DNA from: Mollicutes bacterium
GTDB taxonomy: Bacteria > Bacillota_I > Bacilli_A > Izemoplasmatales > Izemoplasmataceae
Direction of reading: 5' to 3'
DNA length: 64,000 bases
Assembly: GCA_003558105.1 (NCBI GenBank)
Contig: PWMS01000096.1
Coordinates: 1,083 to 65,082 of the forward strand
In this document: in pieces, positions 1 through 9,952 of the stretch
Layout: each line of letters starts with the position of its first letter
Position numbering within the stretch: the stretch's first letter is position 1
Made by a program: the position numbers and the translations under genes
Notes under the pieces: generated by a model
What the model was told of the DNA's origin: nothing
Databases searched by the model: none
Seen by the model: the letters and a program-made list of their open reading frames with translations, nothing else

Positions 1-1591
1 ATTTGACGAAACACGGTTTTTGCCCGGGGATTTTTTTGACGTTTTTAACATCTGTATAATCCACAGGTACACTGGAAGAATACCGCATCTTCGAATGATA
101 AGCAGCCAGTTGAGCGGCGCTGCGAATCGTGGTTTCTTTGAGTTGGTCTAGAGTAGCTTTCACCACAACATGGGAACCCGGCGCCCCTTGAACATGAAAC
201 CAAACGTGATGCGGCCGTGCTTCTTTATGGGTGATTTGGGCGTTTTGAATATTATTTTTACCAACTAAAATTTCCATACCTAAGGCATCTTTATAAAGAA
301 GGTAATTTGCTTTTTTAGAAAGCTTTTTGTTTCTTTTGCTCGGTTTGATATAGCCATACTGACTAAGTTCTTCACGTATTTCTTCTAAATCACTTAGATT
401 GGTATCTTGAAGTTGACTTTCCAAGAGCCTAAAGTAGGTTCTTTCATTTTTGGCCTTAATGATCTCTCGTTTGATATGGGGCTTACTTTTTTTAAGTTTT
501 TTGTAACGTTTAAAATACGTTTGCGCATTTTCTATGGGCGTTAGATGTCGGTCCAAAGTTATATCTATGGCGGTTTCGGTTTCATAATCAAAGGCTTCTA
601 GATTCACATCGCCTGGGTTGATGTGGTGTTGATTGGCCAAAATGAGATTGCCTTTGGTTTTATAGATATCGCTTTTTTCGGCCTTTTTTAAATCTTGATT
701 CAACTGTTCGATTTTTCGGGTTTGTTTTTTTAAGTGTTTGGCGATCAATTGGTTTAAATCTTTGTTGCGCTGTTGGAATTTTTCCTTACTGTCTTTTAAG
801 GTATAGAATTTATCTAGCATCTCGCTTGGAGAATGATAACGTTGTTTTTCCCCTTGCAAGTGGGTTAAATCATAGACTGAAAAGGCCATTTTTTTAGCTT
901 CTATAATTTGAGGCGTATTTTCTTTAATCATCGTTTGCATCAACGTATTTTGGTCTTTATTTTTACGGTAGATAAATTCTTTTGCAAATTGTGGTGCAAC
1001 ACCTTGAAAATGGTTTAACAAGGCTTTGGTATTATCGATGGTTGTGGTTTTAAAAAAGGCTTGTCTTGCTTCACTGTCAAAGGGATTGATACGGTTATCC
1101 TCAGGGTAAATATATTTAGCCGAGGGAATCATCGTTCGTTGAACCTCATCAAAGGGGTGGGTGTGGTTTAAAGCATCCAATATCTTGTATTGATCATCGG
1201 TTAAGATGAGATTGGCATCTTTGCCTAAGGCTTCAAAAATCAGATAGCGTTTTGCCGTATCGCCTAGTTCATTGGTTCCTCTTAAGGTGAATGTCACGAT
1301 CCGGTCGTTGTCTTTTTGTTCAATATCGATGATATAAGCACTTTCTAAATGTTTTCTTAACAACATACAAAAAAGCGGTGGATTCATCGGCTTTTCGTAG
1401 CTATCATTGGTTAGGTGCATCCGGGTTTGGTGCTTAGAGGCGCTAATTAAGAGTTGCTGACGTTTTTGTTTACGCACATAAAAAAGAAAGCTAAAATCCT
1501 CTAGCTGATAAATTTTGTCGATACGTCCATGAATTAGGACCGTTTTAAGCTCTTCAATAATACGTTTTAACGCTAGGCCATCAAAGCTCAT
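1..1591 (-). CDS. rqcH: RqcH / FbpA-family (NFACT) ribosome quality-control protein. The C-terminal end runs off the window.
   Basis: Absent from the ORF track because it is open at the window edge. Manual minus-strand translation from ATG 1591-1589 (GGTGAT upstream) reads MSFDGLALKRIIEELKTVLIHGRIDKIYQLEDFSFLFYVRK... and stays open to nt 2, ending ...GAPGSHVVVKA...SVPVDYTDVKNVKKIPGQKPCFVK. A complete ORF here would have been listed on the track. It sits beside gmk-rpoZ, as yloA does in Bacillus. Confidence 0.8.
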   Translation of the reverse strand, partial: MSFDGLALKRIIEELKTVLIHGRIDKIYQLEDFSFLFYVRKQKRQQLLISASKHQTRMHLTNDSYEKPMNPPLFCMLLRKHLESAYIIDIEQKDNDRIVTFTLRGTNELGDTAKRYLIFEALGKDANLILTDDQYKILDALNHTHPFDEVQRTMIPSAKYIYPEDNRINPFDSEARQAFFKTTTIDNTKALLNHFQGVAPQFAKEFIYRKNKDQNTLMQTMIKENTPQIIEAKKMAFSVYDLTHLQGEKQRYHSPSEMLDKFYTLKDSKEKFQQRNKDLNQLIAKHLKKQTRKIEQLNQDLKKAEKSDIYKTKGNLILANQHHINPGDVNLEAFDYETETAIDITLDRHLTPIENAQTYFKRYKKLKKSKPHIKREIIKAKNERTYFRLLESQLQDTNLSDLEEIREELSQYGYIKPSKRNKKLSKKANYLLYKDALGMEILVGKNNIQNAQITHKEARPHHVWFHVQGAPGSHVVVKATLDQLKETTIRSAAQLAAYHSKMRYSSSVPVDYTDVKNVKKIPGQKPCFVK

Positions 1592-1717
1592 AGATATCAC
1601 CTACCTCATTGTATCACGAAAAATGGCTTTTTGAAAAAAAGTCAGCCTTTCTACTACCATTCAAGCGTTAAAAGTGTTATCATATAAAATAATAACGGTG
1701 GAAACGGAGGACGACTG

Positions 1718-2353
1718 ATGAAGCTTAATGAACGCGGGTTACTGGTTGTTTTAAGTGGTCCCTCAGGGGTTGGTAAAGGGACTGTTAGAAAAGCTTTGTT
1801 TGATTTAGAAGGTCATGACTTGGTCTATTCGACTTCGATGACTACCCGTCCACCGAGAGCTGGTGAAATCGAGGGCGAAGATTATTACTTCGTTTCCAAA
1901 GAAGAATTCGAACGCCGCATCAAAGCCGATGCTTTTTTGGAATGGGCAGAATTTGTTGGCCATTATTATGGTACCCCCAAAGATAAAATCGATGCGGAAC
2001 TAAAAAAAGGCAAGGAAGTCGTTTTAGAAATCGAAGTTCAAGGCGCCTTACAAGTTCGCGAAGAAGCACCTGATGGTGTATTTATCTTTATCGCGCCCCC
2101 GAATAAAGAGGCTTTATACCGACGTTTATTAAGACGAGGCACCGAATCTACCGAAACGATCCAAAAGCGTATGGACAAGGCTGAAAGAGAATTTCCTTTG
2201 GCCCATAAATATGATTACATCGTCGTAAACGATGAAGTTACAAATGCGGCCGACAGAGTTTTAGCTATCATCCGCGCTGAACACGCTAAAACCGAACGAG
2301 CGATTTACAAATACTATGAATTAATGGAGGTTGATAAACATGAGCAAAAATAA
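1718..2353 (+). CDS. gmk: Guanylate kinase
   Basis: P-loop GPSGVGKGT, then TTRPPRAGEIEGEDYYFVS and EIEVQGA motifs. GGAGG RBS upstream. Confidence 0.95.
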   Translation: MKLNERGLLVVLSGPSGVGKGTVRKALFDLEGHDLVYSTSMTTRPPRAGEIEGEDYYFVSKEEFERRIKADAFLEWAEFVGHYYGTPKDKIDAELKKGKEVVLEIEVQGALQVREEAPDGVFIFIAPPNKEALYRRLLRRGTESTETIQKRMDKAEREFPLAHKYDYIVVNDEVTNAADRVLAIIRAEHAKTERAIYKYYELMEVDKHEQK

Positions 2354-2555
2354 AGAAGGATTGCGTTACCCCTCAATCGATGAGCTATTACATAACATCG
2401 ATTCAAAATACAAATTGGCTTACGCCGCAGCGATGCGTGCAAAAATTATTCGCGAGCTTGATGATAGTACCATCGATGCAAAATGCGATAAACCGGTTGG
2501 TGTTGCTTTAGAAGAAATCAAAGCGGGAAAAATCGATATTGATTTTGAAAAATAA
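2340..2555 (+). CDS. rpoZ: DNA-directed RNA polymerase subunit omega
   Basis: Small protein with PSIDELLHNIDSKYKLAYAAAMRAKII, directly after gmk. ATG 2340 is preferred over the track TTG 2331 because GGAGG lies 9 nt upstream. Confidence 0.8.
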   Translation: MSKNKEGLRYPSIDELLHNIDSKYKLAYAAAMRAKIIRELDDSTIDAKCDKPVGVALEEIKAGKIDIDFEK

Positions 2556-2579
2556 GTAGATGTCCTCTACTTTTTTTTT
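2554..2579 (+). terminator. Rho-independent terminator after rpoZ
   Basis: AAGTAGA-TGTCC-TCTACTT stem-loop followed by a T9 run. Confidence 0.6.
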
Positions 2580-2588
2580 ACGAAAATA

Positions 2589-2597
2589 TGCTATAAT
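2589..2597 (+). promoter_or_regulatory. Extended -10 element (TGCTATAAT) upstream of polC
   Basis: TGnTATAAT 28 nt before ATG 2625, just after the rpoZ terminator. No clear -35. Confidence 0.5.
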
Positions 2598-2624
2598 CTA
2601 GTTAAGATATTGGAGTGTTTGATT

Positions 2625-5600
2625 ATGGAAAAAGCCTTTGACACTTTATTGACTGTATTGGATTTAACAAACCTCAAAACGACATTAAATGGGAAACTGG
2701 TTGAACTTGAGGTCGATGAAAAAACCAATGCATGGCACTTTGTTATAGAACTGCAAAAGCCTCTAGAAATAGAGGTTTTTAAGCGCTTCATCGAGCGTAT
2801 AGAAGATTTGCCCATCGTTTTAGATGCTTGTCAATCGGTCGCTTATACCATCGATTATGCCCAAGAAGATAGACGCTATATCAAGGATTATTATGCCTTG
2901 GCTTTAGACCGTCTTATTCGTCAAAAGCCACGTTATCAAGCGATTAAGGATATGGAAATTGAAACGATCAAACAAGGCTTACAACTTGTTTGTCCTAAAG
3001 ATGGGGCTTATGTTGAAGATATGCTTCAAGATATCAAAGATCAATTGTTGCGTTATGGTTTTTCCCTACAACTTCAAGTGCGCTATTGTGAAGAAGCGCC
3101 AACAATTACCGAGCGTATCGAAGCCAATACCGAAGAAGACTTACAGAGTACGGAAAACGAAGAAGTACCACTAAAATATGACAGTTTTAAAAATCAATCC
3201 GTTGCAAGCATCAAACAACGGATCGCAGAAGTCCCCGCCACAGAAGTCCAATTAAACGAGTATAAAAGTGCGCATCACAACGCCAATTTTACCATTGAAG
3301 GTTTGGTTGAAACCGTCGATAAACGGGCCATCAAAAAACAAACCACGCTATATACCTTTGTCTTAAGCGACGAAGATGATGCCATCTATGTTAAAAAATT
3401 TGTCCGTGACAACGATGAAGTCCAATTTTTAGATATCGTTGAACCCGGTATGAAGATGAAAGTTAGAGCCTACGCGCAATACGATCACTTTAACGATGAA
3501 GTCGTCTTGATTGCGGATAATATCGAAAGAACGAACCAAGTGGTATCGGTAGAAAACCGAAGCGATGAGGCTTTAGAAAAACGCGTCGAACTTCACTTGC
3601 ATTCCAAAATGAGTACCCTCGATGGGATCGATGCGATAGAAGATTATGTGAAAACGGCTCAAAATTTTGGTCATAAAGCGCTCGCTTTAACCGATCATGA
3701 TAATGTCCAAGCCTTTCCAGAGTTTGAAGCCGCCGCTAAAAAAGCCGGTATCAAACCGATTTATGGTGCCGAAATTTCTTTGGTGGATGAGGAACTCACA
3801 CAAATTGCTTGGGGTGATTATTCAGGCGATTTGCGCGATGCGACTTACACGATTTTTGATATTGAAACCACAGGTTTATCCGCCAATTTCGATCACATCA
3901 TCGAGATTTCTGCCATCAAGATTAAAGACCACCAAGTCATCGATCGTTTTGATGCTTTTGTTAATCCTAACCGCACATTAAGTGACTTTACCAAACGTCT
4001 CACCGGTATTGAAGATAAAGATGTAAAAAATGCCGATCCAATCGCGATGGTTTTGCCTAAATTTGAAGCCTTTTATAAAGGCACCATTATGGTGGCCCAC
4101 AACGCGCGTTTTGACATGGCCCATATCTATCAGAACTTAAAAAATACCGACCATTATCAAGGCAAGTTACCGACCATCGACACCTTACAAATTGCCCGTC
4201 AATTGTATGGTCATAAGTTAAAACGTTTCAATCTTAAAGCCGTGGCCAAATATTTTAACGTCGAGTTAAAAAGACATCACCGCGCTGAATATGATACCCG
4301 AGCAACGGGCGATATTTTCCTTCATATGCTTAGCGACTTAGATAAACTGGGCTTCAAACAATTTAACGACTTAAAAGACCCCAAGACGTTCATTAAAAAA
4401 TACAACCCTTACAAACATCACATGGCCGCTCATATCAGCGTTTTAGTCAAAAATAAAACCGGTCTTAAAAACCTATATAAATTGATTTCTTTAGCGAATA
4501 CAACATACTATTATAAAGGCCCTAAACTCCCTAAAAAGGTTTTTGAAAAGTACCGTGAAGGACTCTTGGTAGGCAGTGGTTGTATGAACAGCGATTTCTT
4601 CGAAATCGCTATTAACCAAGGCGAAGATCAGTTAAAAGCGAAAGCTGAGTGGTTTGATTATATCGAAGTTCAACCTTTTGATGATTACCTTTATAAGCAA
4701 AAAGACATGGAAAACATTGAAGACCGCATTAAAGCAACCTTGCAGCGTATTCAAACTATCGCTAGTGAATTGAATAAGCCTTTAATCGCAAGTGGCGATG
4801 TCCATCATATCGAAAAAGAAAGTGTTAAATTTCGCGATATTTATATCCAAACACCGATTGTTGGTGGAGGGTATCATCAGTTGTTTAAGTACGACGATAT
4901 TCCCGCCCAATATTTTCGCACCACCGAAGAGATGAAAGCCACCTTCAAAGATGTTTTCAGCCCTGAGGTAATCGAAGATATCGTCATCAAACAACCTGTG
5001 AATATCGCTGAAAAAATTGAAACCTTCGACGCTTTTCCCAAAGAACTCTTTGCGCCTAAGGATGATTTTTTGGCTTTAGAAGGGATCCCTTCCATTGAAG
5101 ATAAGATGTTGGATATGGTGCTTCAAAATGCGAAGAAAATCTATGGCGACCCTCTGCCTAGCTTGGTTCAAGACCGTTTGGATAAAGAACTAAAAAGCAT
5201 CACTGAAAATAAGTTTTCCACCGTCTATTACATCTCTTATCTGCTCGTTAAGAAAAGCTTGGATGAAGGCTACTTAGTTGGTTCAAGAGGTAGTGTGGGC
5301 TCCTCGCTTGTTGCAACGCTGATGGACATTACAGAAGTCAACCCCTTGCCGCCGCATTATGTTTGTCCAAAGTGCCACTTTACAAGCTTTAAAATGAATC
5401 CAGAAGAGAAAAAAACTTACGGCATCCATCCGGATGAACAAGGGCTACAAATGCTTTTAGAAGATGTCGATAGTGGTTTTGATTTAAAAGCCATGCCGTG
5501 TCCAAAATGCGATGCGCAACTTAAAAAAGAAGGCCATGATATTCCGTTTGAAACCTTCCTCGGTTTCAAAGGCGACAAAGTCCCCGACATCGATTTAAAC

Positions 5601-7067
5601 TTTTCTGGCGATTACCAAGCGCAAGTCCATGAATACATCCGTAGTTTATTCGGTCAAGACCGTGCCTTTAGGGCTGGGACAATTTCCACGGTGGCCCAAA
5701 AAACCGCGTTTGGTTATGTGAAAGGCTACGCAGAAAAAAAAGATTTACAGTTAAGAAAAGCCGAAATTGAACGCCGTGCCAAACAAATAACCGGTGTCAA
5801 ACGTTCTACCGGTCAACACCCGGGGGGCATCGTTGTTGTTCCCAATTATAAAGAAATATACGACATTACCCCCGTGCAATATCCCGCAGATGATACCGCC
5901 TCAACTTGGCGCACGACCCATTTTGATTACCATTCGTTTGAAGACAACCTCTTTAAACTTGATGTTTTAGGGCATGATGACCCGACCATGATTCGCTACT
6001 TGATGGATTTTGTGAAAACCGATCCCATCAATTTCCCCTTTAGCGATGCCCGTGATATTCCTCTAGATGACCATCATGTTTATAAGATGTTATCGGGCAC
6101 CGATGTTTTACATCTAAAACCTTCAGATATTCGTTCCGATGTTGCATCTTATGGGGTCCCAGAGATGGGGACCTCCTTTGTCCGTGGCATGTTAAAAGCC
6201 TCAAGACCTAAAACATTTGCGGATATTGTGAAAGTCTCAGGTCTATCACACGGTACCGATGTTTGGCTGAATAACGCTGAGATGTTGGTGTCTGGTAAAA
6301 CGCCTTATGGGCAAATCCCTTTCAAAGATGTTATCGGTTGTCGTGATGATATCATGGTATATTTGATTCAAAGTGGGTTACCTAGCGACCTCGCGTTTGA
6401 AATCAGTGAATTTATCCGTAAAGGCAAAGCTCAAAAACAACCCCAAACATGGGAAAACTATAAAAACACAATGCGAAAATATAAGATTCCTGAGTGGTAC
6501 ATTTGGTCTTCGGGTCAAATCAAATACATGTTCCCCAAAGCCCACGCGACGGCATATGTTATGATGGCATTGAGAATTGCGTGGTTCAAACTTCATCGTC
6601 CCATCTACTTTTATTCGGCCTATTTCTCAAAACGCGCCCAAGCATTTGACCTTGTGGCGATGCAAGGGGGCGAATATGCGATTGAAAAACGTATGGAAGA
6701 AATTCGCCTTAAAGGCAACAAAGCGACCGATCCTGAGAAGAAACTCTATACCGTCTTAGAAGTCGCCTTAGAAATGGTCAAACGTGGTTATCATTTCAAA
6801 CCTGTTTCAATCACGGAAAGTGCTGCGACAGAATTTAAGATTAGCAAAGATTCTGAGGGGTTGCGACTACCGTTTTTAGCTTTGGATGGTTTGGGTGGCA
6901 AAGTGGCCGATTCTATTACCAAAGCCCGTGATGAGAAGATGTTTACCTCACGTGAAGACGTCAAGGAACGTACCGCTTTATCTTCAACACTATTTAACAA
7001 ACTAGAAGCTTTGGATGCATTTGGGGATTTACCCGATACATCCCAAATGAATCTATTTGAATTATAA
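2625..7067 (+). CDS. polC: DNA polymerase III PolC-type alpha subunit
   Basis: About 1480 aa. Has a PHP region (HLHSKMSTLDG, LTDHDNVQ), an inserted DEDDh exonuclease (FDIETTGL, AHNARFD, HRAEYD), a Zn module (CPKCH...CPKCD) and polymerase core motifs. ATG 2625 chosen, with GGAG upstream. Confidence 0.95.
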   Translation: MEKAFDTLLTVLDLTNLKTTLNGKLVELEVDEKTNAWHFVIELQKPLEIEVFKRFIERIEDLPIVLDACQSVAYTIDYAQEDRRYIKDYYALALDRLIRQKPRYQAIKDMEIETIKQGLQLVCPKDGAYVEDMLQDIKDQLLRYGFSLQLQVRYCEEAPTITERIEANTEEDLQSTENEEVPLKYDSFKNQSVASIKQRIAEVPATEVQLNEYKSAHHNANFTIEGLVETVDKRAIKKQTTLYTFVLSDEDDAIYVKKFVRDNDEVQFLDIVEPGMKMKVRAYAQYDHFNDEVVLIADNIERTNQVVSVENRSDEALEKRVELHLHSKMSTLDGIDAIEDYVKTAQNFGHKALALTDHDNVQAFPEFEAAAKKAGIKPIYGAEISLVDEELTQIAWGDYSGDLRDATYTIFDIETTGLSANFDHIIEISAIKIKDHQVIDRFDAFVNPNRTLSDFTKRLTGIEDKDVKNADPIAMVLPKFEAFYKGTIMVAHNARFDMAHIYQNLKNTDHYQGKLPTIDTLQIARQLYGHKLKRFNLKAVAKYFNVELKRHHRAEYDTRATGDIFLHMLSDLDKLGFKQFNDLKDPKTFIKKYNPYKHHMAAHISVLVKNKTGLKNLYKLISLANTTYYYKGPKLPKKVFEKYREGLLVGSGCMNSDFFEIAINQGEDQLKAKAEWFDYIEVQPFDDYLYKQKDMENIEDRIKATLQRIQTIASELNKPLIASGDVHHIEKESVKFRDIYIQTPIVGGGYHQLFKYDDIPAQYFRTTEEMKATFKDVFSPEVIEDIVIKQPVNIAEKIETFDAFPKELFAPKDDFLALEGIPSIEDKMLDMVLQNAKKIYGDPLPSLVQDRLDKELKSITENKFSTVYYISYLLVKKSLDEGYLVGSRGSVGSSLVATLMDITEVNPLPPHYVCPKCHFTSFKMNPEEKKTYGIHPDEQGLQMLLEDVDSGFDLKAMPCPKCDAQLKKEGHDIPFETFLGFKGDKVPDIDLNFSGDYQAQVHEYIRSLFGQDRAFRAGTISTVAQKTAFGYVKGYAEKKDLQLRKAEIERRAKQITGVKRSTGQHPGGIVVVPNYKEIYDITPVQYPADDTASTWRTTHFDYHSFEDNLFKLDVLGHDDPTMIRYLMDFVKTDPINFPFSDARDIPLDDHHVYKMLSGTDVLHLKPSDIRSDVASYGVPEMGTSFVRGMLKASRPKTFADIVKVSGLSHGTDVWLNNAEMLVSGKTPYGQIPFKDVIGCRDDIMVYLIQSGLPSDLAFEISEFIRKGKAQKQPQTWENYKNTMRKYKIPEWYIWSSGQIKYMFPKAHATAYVMMALRIAWFKLHRPIYFYSAYFSKRAQAFDLVAMQGGEYAIEKRMEEIRLKGNKATDPEKKLYTVLEVALEMVKRGYHFKPVSITESAATEFKISKDSEGLRLPFLALDGLGGKVADSITKARDEKMFTSREDVKERTALSSTLFNKLEALDAFGDLPDTSQMNLFEL

Positions 7068-7084
7068 TTTTTTGAGGTGATGAT

Positions 7085-7852
7085 ATGTACAGAGGCACAA
7101 GAAGAAGAGGTATGCGCGGGATGGGTAGAAATCCATTCATGATGCGCATGCAAAAAAATGCTACCTTGGACGCGACAGACGCGGCCAGTTATGCGGGCGT
7201 TGTTTTTAAGACAACCTTGCTTTTAACCATCATGTTCGCACTCGGACTTTTAAGCGCAACAATGTTGGTTCGCCAAGAAGTTCTAATCGGCGGTTATGCA
7301 CTATTAATCGGCGCCCCGATTATCGGTTTTATCGCGGTTTTAATCGGGACATTTGTCCCCCGTTTAACCAAACCGATGGCCTTTCTTTACAGTATTGTAC
7401 AAGGCTTGTTTTTAGGCGCGATATCAGCGATTTATACGATAATGTTCGGCGATTACATTGTCCCCGTAGCCCTCATCGGTACGATGGGCATCTTTTTTGC
7501 CATGTTATTTCTATATCGCACCGGTCTTATCAAGGTAGGTTCAACCTTTAGAAAAATTGCTTATGCTTTACTCTTTGGTTTAATTTTAGCCAATTTCTTT
7601 TTGTTTATGATGTTTTTATTTATTGGCTTTGCACATTTTCAAACGATGTATTTATTCATCGTCATTATTGGCGTGGTTTTAGCCAGCATCTTCTTACTGA
7701 TTGATTTTGACAATATCACCAAGATGGTTGAAGCCGGCGTCGCAAAAGAATACGAATGGATGATGAGCTTTTCTTTAGTTATTACCATTGTTTGGTTATT
7801 TATTGAAATGTTAAGACTACTGGCCATTATCGCAAGTCGCAGTAGAAACTAA
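7085..7852 (+). CDS. Multi-pass membrane protein, probably Bax-inhibitor-1/YccA family
   Basis: About 7 hydrophobic helices, an Arg/Met-rich N-terminus, and a C-terminal WLFIEMLRLLAIIASRSRN that resembles the BI-1 family tail. GAGGTGA RBS. The family assignment is from memory of the motif only. Confidence 0.5.
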   Translation: MYRGTRRRGMRGMGRNPFMMRMQKNATLDATDAASYAGVVFKTTLLLTIMFALGLLSATMLVRQEVLIGGYALLIGAPIIGFIAVLIGTFVPRLTKPMAFLYSIVQGLFLGAISAIYTIMFGDYIVPVALIGTMGIFFAMLFLYRTGLIKVGSTFRKIAYALLFGLILANFFLFMMFLFIGFAHFQTMYLFIVIIGVVLASIFLLIDFDNITKMVEAGVAKEYEWMMSFSLVITIVWLFIEMLRLLAIIASRSRN

Positions 7853-7872
7853 AATAATAGGAGGCACTAATT

Positions 7873-9627
7873 ATGGAAACGTGGGATTTAAGTCCACTGT
7901 TTGAAAGTTATGATTCAAAAGCATTTAAAGATACCATCGCTACCATCGAAACCTTAATTGAAGAAGCCCAAGATTTTGCGAAAATGTTGGATGAACACAC
8001 CGATGAGGTGGCTATGATTAAAAAGTATTTAAACTTAGCCTCAGATTTAAGATCAAACTTTTTAAAAGCGTTTGGTTTTGTTAATCTATCCTTATCTACC
8101 AATGCTCAAGATGAAGCATCCAACACTTGGATGAACAAAATGCAACAACTTTCAAGTCAAACAACGACCTTTAACACCAAGTTCTCTAAATGGCTCCCAA
8201 ACGTCGAAAACCTAGACGCTTTGATCGAAAACGATGCGACGCTTAAGACCTATGAATACTATTTAAAAGCGATTGTCGATCGTTCTCAATACGTTTTAAG
8301 TGAAAAAGAAGAAGCGGTCATCTCAAAATTAACCCAGAGTGGTTCAAGTGCTTGGTCACAACTACAAGGCTTGCTGACCAGTATTTTAGACGTTGATTAT
8401 GACGGTGAAAAAATCACGTTAAGCGATATCAGGAACAAAGCACACGCGCGTGATCAAAAGGTACGTAAACAAGCCTATGAAGCCGAACTTGCGGCCTATA
8501 AAAAAATCGAACAATCGATCGCTTTCTCCTTAAACAGCATCAAAGGCGAAGTCAATGAAATCGTACAGATGCGTGGCTTTGATAGTGCCTTAGATGAAGC
8601 CGTCTATGATTCTAGAATGAAAAAAGAAACCTTGGATGCCTTGATCGCCAGCATGCGTGATCACTTGCCAATGTTCCGGTCGTATCTAAAACGAAAAGCC
8701 GATTTACTCGGGCATAAAAACGGTCTTCCGTGGTACGATCTCTTTGCCCCACTGGGCAAAAGTGAACGCGAGTTTAGTTCTAAGGAAGCTATGGACTACG
8801 TGATTAAAAACTTCCAAACCTTTGGTGATGATCTGGCCAACCTCGCGAAGCGCGCTTATGATTAAGCATGGATTGACTTTACCCCAAGAAGTGGGAAAAG
8901 AGGCGGCGCATTTTGTTTTAATATCCATCCCATCAAACAAAGCCGTATCTTAACCAACTTTGAAGGCTCGTTTTCCAATGTGATTACGCTAGCCCATGAA
9001 TTAGGCCATGCTTATCACGGAGACAAAATTTTCAACGAAAGTATATTGAACGCATCTTACACGATGCCTGTGGCCGAAACCGCTTCAACCTTATGTGAGA
9101 CCATCGTAAAAAAAGCGGCTATCAAAGATGCTCAAGACGAAGAAAAAATCTTTATCCTAGAACAATCCTTGATGGGCAGTACGCAAGTCATTGTTGATAT
9201 TTTATCGCGTTTCATCTTTGAGAAAAACGTCTTTGAACAACGCATGAACACCCCACTTTCTGTGGACAAACTCAAAACCATGATGCTTGATGCCCAAAAA
9301 GAAGCTTATGGCGATGGGTTGGACCAAGAAACCCTACATCCATATATGTGGATCAATAAGGGCCATTATTATCGGGGCTCTTTAAGTTTCTATAATTTCC
9401 CTTATGCGTTCGGGTTATTATTTGCTAAAGGTATCTATGCAATCTATCAAGAAAAGGGCCAAGATTTTGTCCCTAAAATTGACCATCTTTTACAAAAAAC
9501 CGGACAGATGGATGTCGAAGATGTGGCACAGTTAATCGGCATCGATGTTACGAAAAAGGCTTTTTGGGACAAATCCCTCAAAGTCATTAAAGAAGAGATT
9601 GATTTATTCTTAGATTTAACCCGATAA
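7873..9627 (+). pseudogene. M3B oligoendopeptidase F-like gene interrupted by one in-frame TAA (8863..8865)
   Basis: Track ORFs 7873..8865 and 8980..9627 are in the same frame. The codons between them (AWIDFTPRSGKRGGAFCFNIHPIKQSRILTNFEGSFSNV) contain no stop and continue the family alignment into the HELGH zinc site. The total of about 584 codons is the normal family length. Confidence 0.8.
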
Positions 9628-9633
9628 ACCCGA

Positions 9634-9668
9634 AAGCACAATGCGATACATTCGCATTGTGCTTTTTA
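9634..9668 (+). terminator. Rho-independent terminator after the interrupted pepF-like gene
   Basis: 13-bp perfect stem AAGCACAATGCGA/TCGCATTGTGCTT, 5-nt loop, T-run. Confidence 0.85.
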
Positions 9669-9686
9669 TAAAATAACCCTTATACC

Positions 9687-9715
9687 TTGAAAATAACGCT
9701 AACATCTATTATAAT
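9687..9715 (+). promoter_or_regulatory. Sigma-A-type promoter of the pheS leader
   Basis: TTGAAA (9687-9692), 17-nt spacer, TATAAT (9710-9715). Confidence 0.7.
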
Positions 9716-9721
9716 ATCCTT

Positions 9722-9928
9722 AGCACGTTGAAGAGGAACACGAGCCTCAAACAATCATCAAAGAGAAAGACCGGTGGTGAGAAGGTCTTATGGTTGAATG
9801 AATGCTTTTCATCCTTCGAGTGGCGTTAATCGCGTCCGCTAACTGGCGTTATAGTATTGAGTGCTTAAGTGAATTTAAGGTGGTACCGCGGTATATTATC
9901 GTCCTTATGGTTAGTAAGGATTTTTTTT
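9722..9928 (+). promoter_or_regulatory. T-box riboswitch leader of pheS (Phe)
   Basis: AGAGA box and GGTGGTGAGA distal-loop-like element. UUC triplets at 9808-9810 and 9815-9817. T-box AAGGTGGTACCGCGG at 9877-9891. Terminator TCCTTA-TGGTTAG-TAAGGA plus T8 at 9902-9928. Confidence 0.9.
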
Positions 9929-9952
9929 ATGTCAATTTAGGAGAGTGAATTT

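Noticed and set aside
6791-7153. 120-aa minus-strand ORF overlapping the polC 3' end and the start of the membrane-protein gene. Similar antisense ORFs lie at 28380..28727, 36399..36785, 47022..47354, 58819..59133 and 2591..2815, among many others on the track.
   Set aside because: All lie antisense or out of frame within long genes that carry clear family motifs. They have no RBS, their composition is low-complexity, and they contain no recognisable motifs. I treat them as shadow ORFs.
8863-8865. Possibility that the in-frame TAA in the pepF-like gene is a recoded or read-through sense codon.
   Set aside because: TAA is the ordinary stop of many clearly complete genes in this window (gmk, rpoZ, polC, pheT, ald and others). 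I see no downstream structure or context typical of programmed read-through. A nonsense mutation or a sequencing error is more parsimonious.
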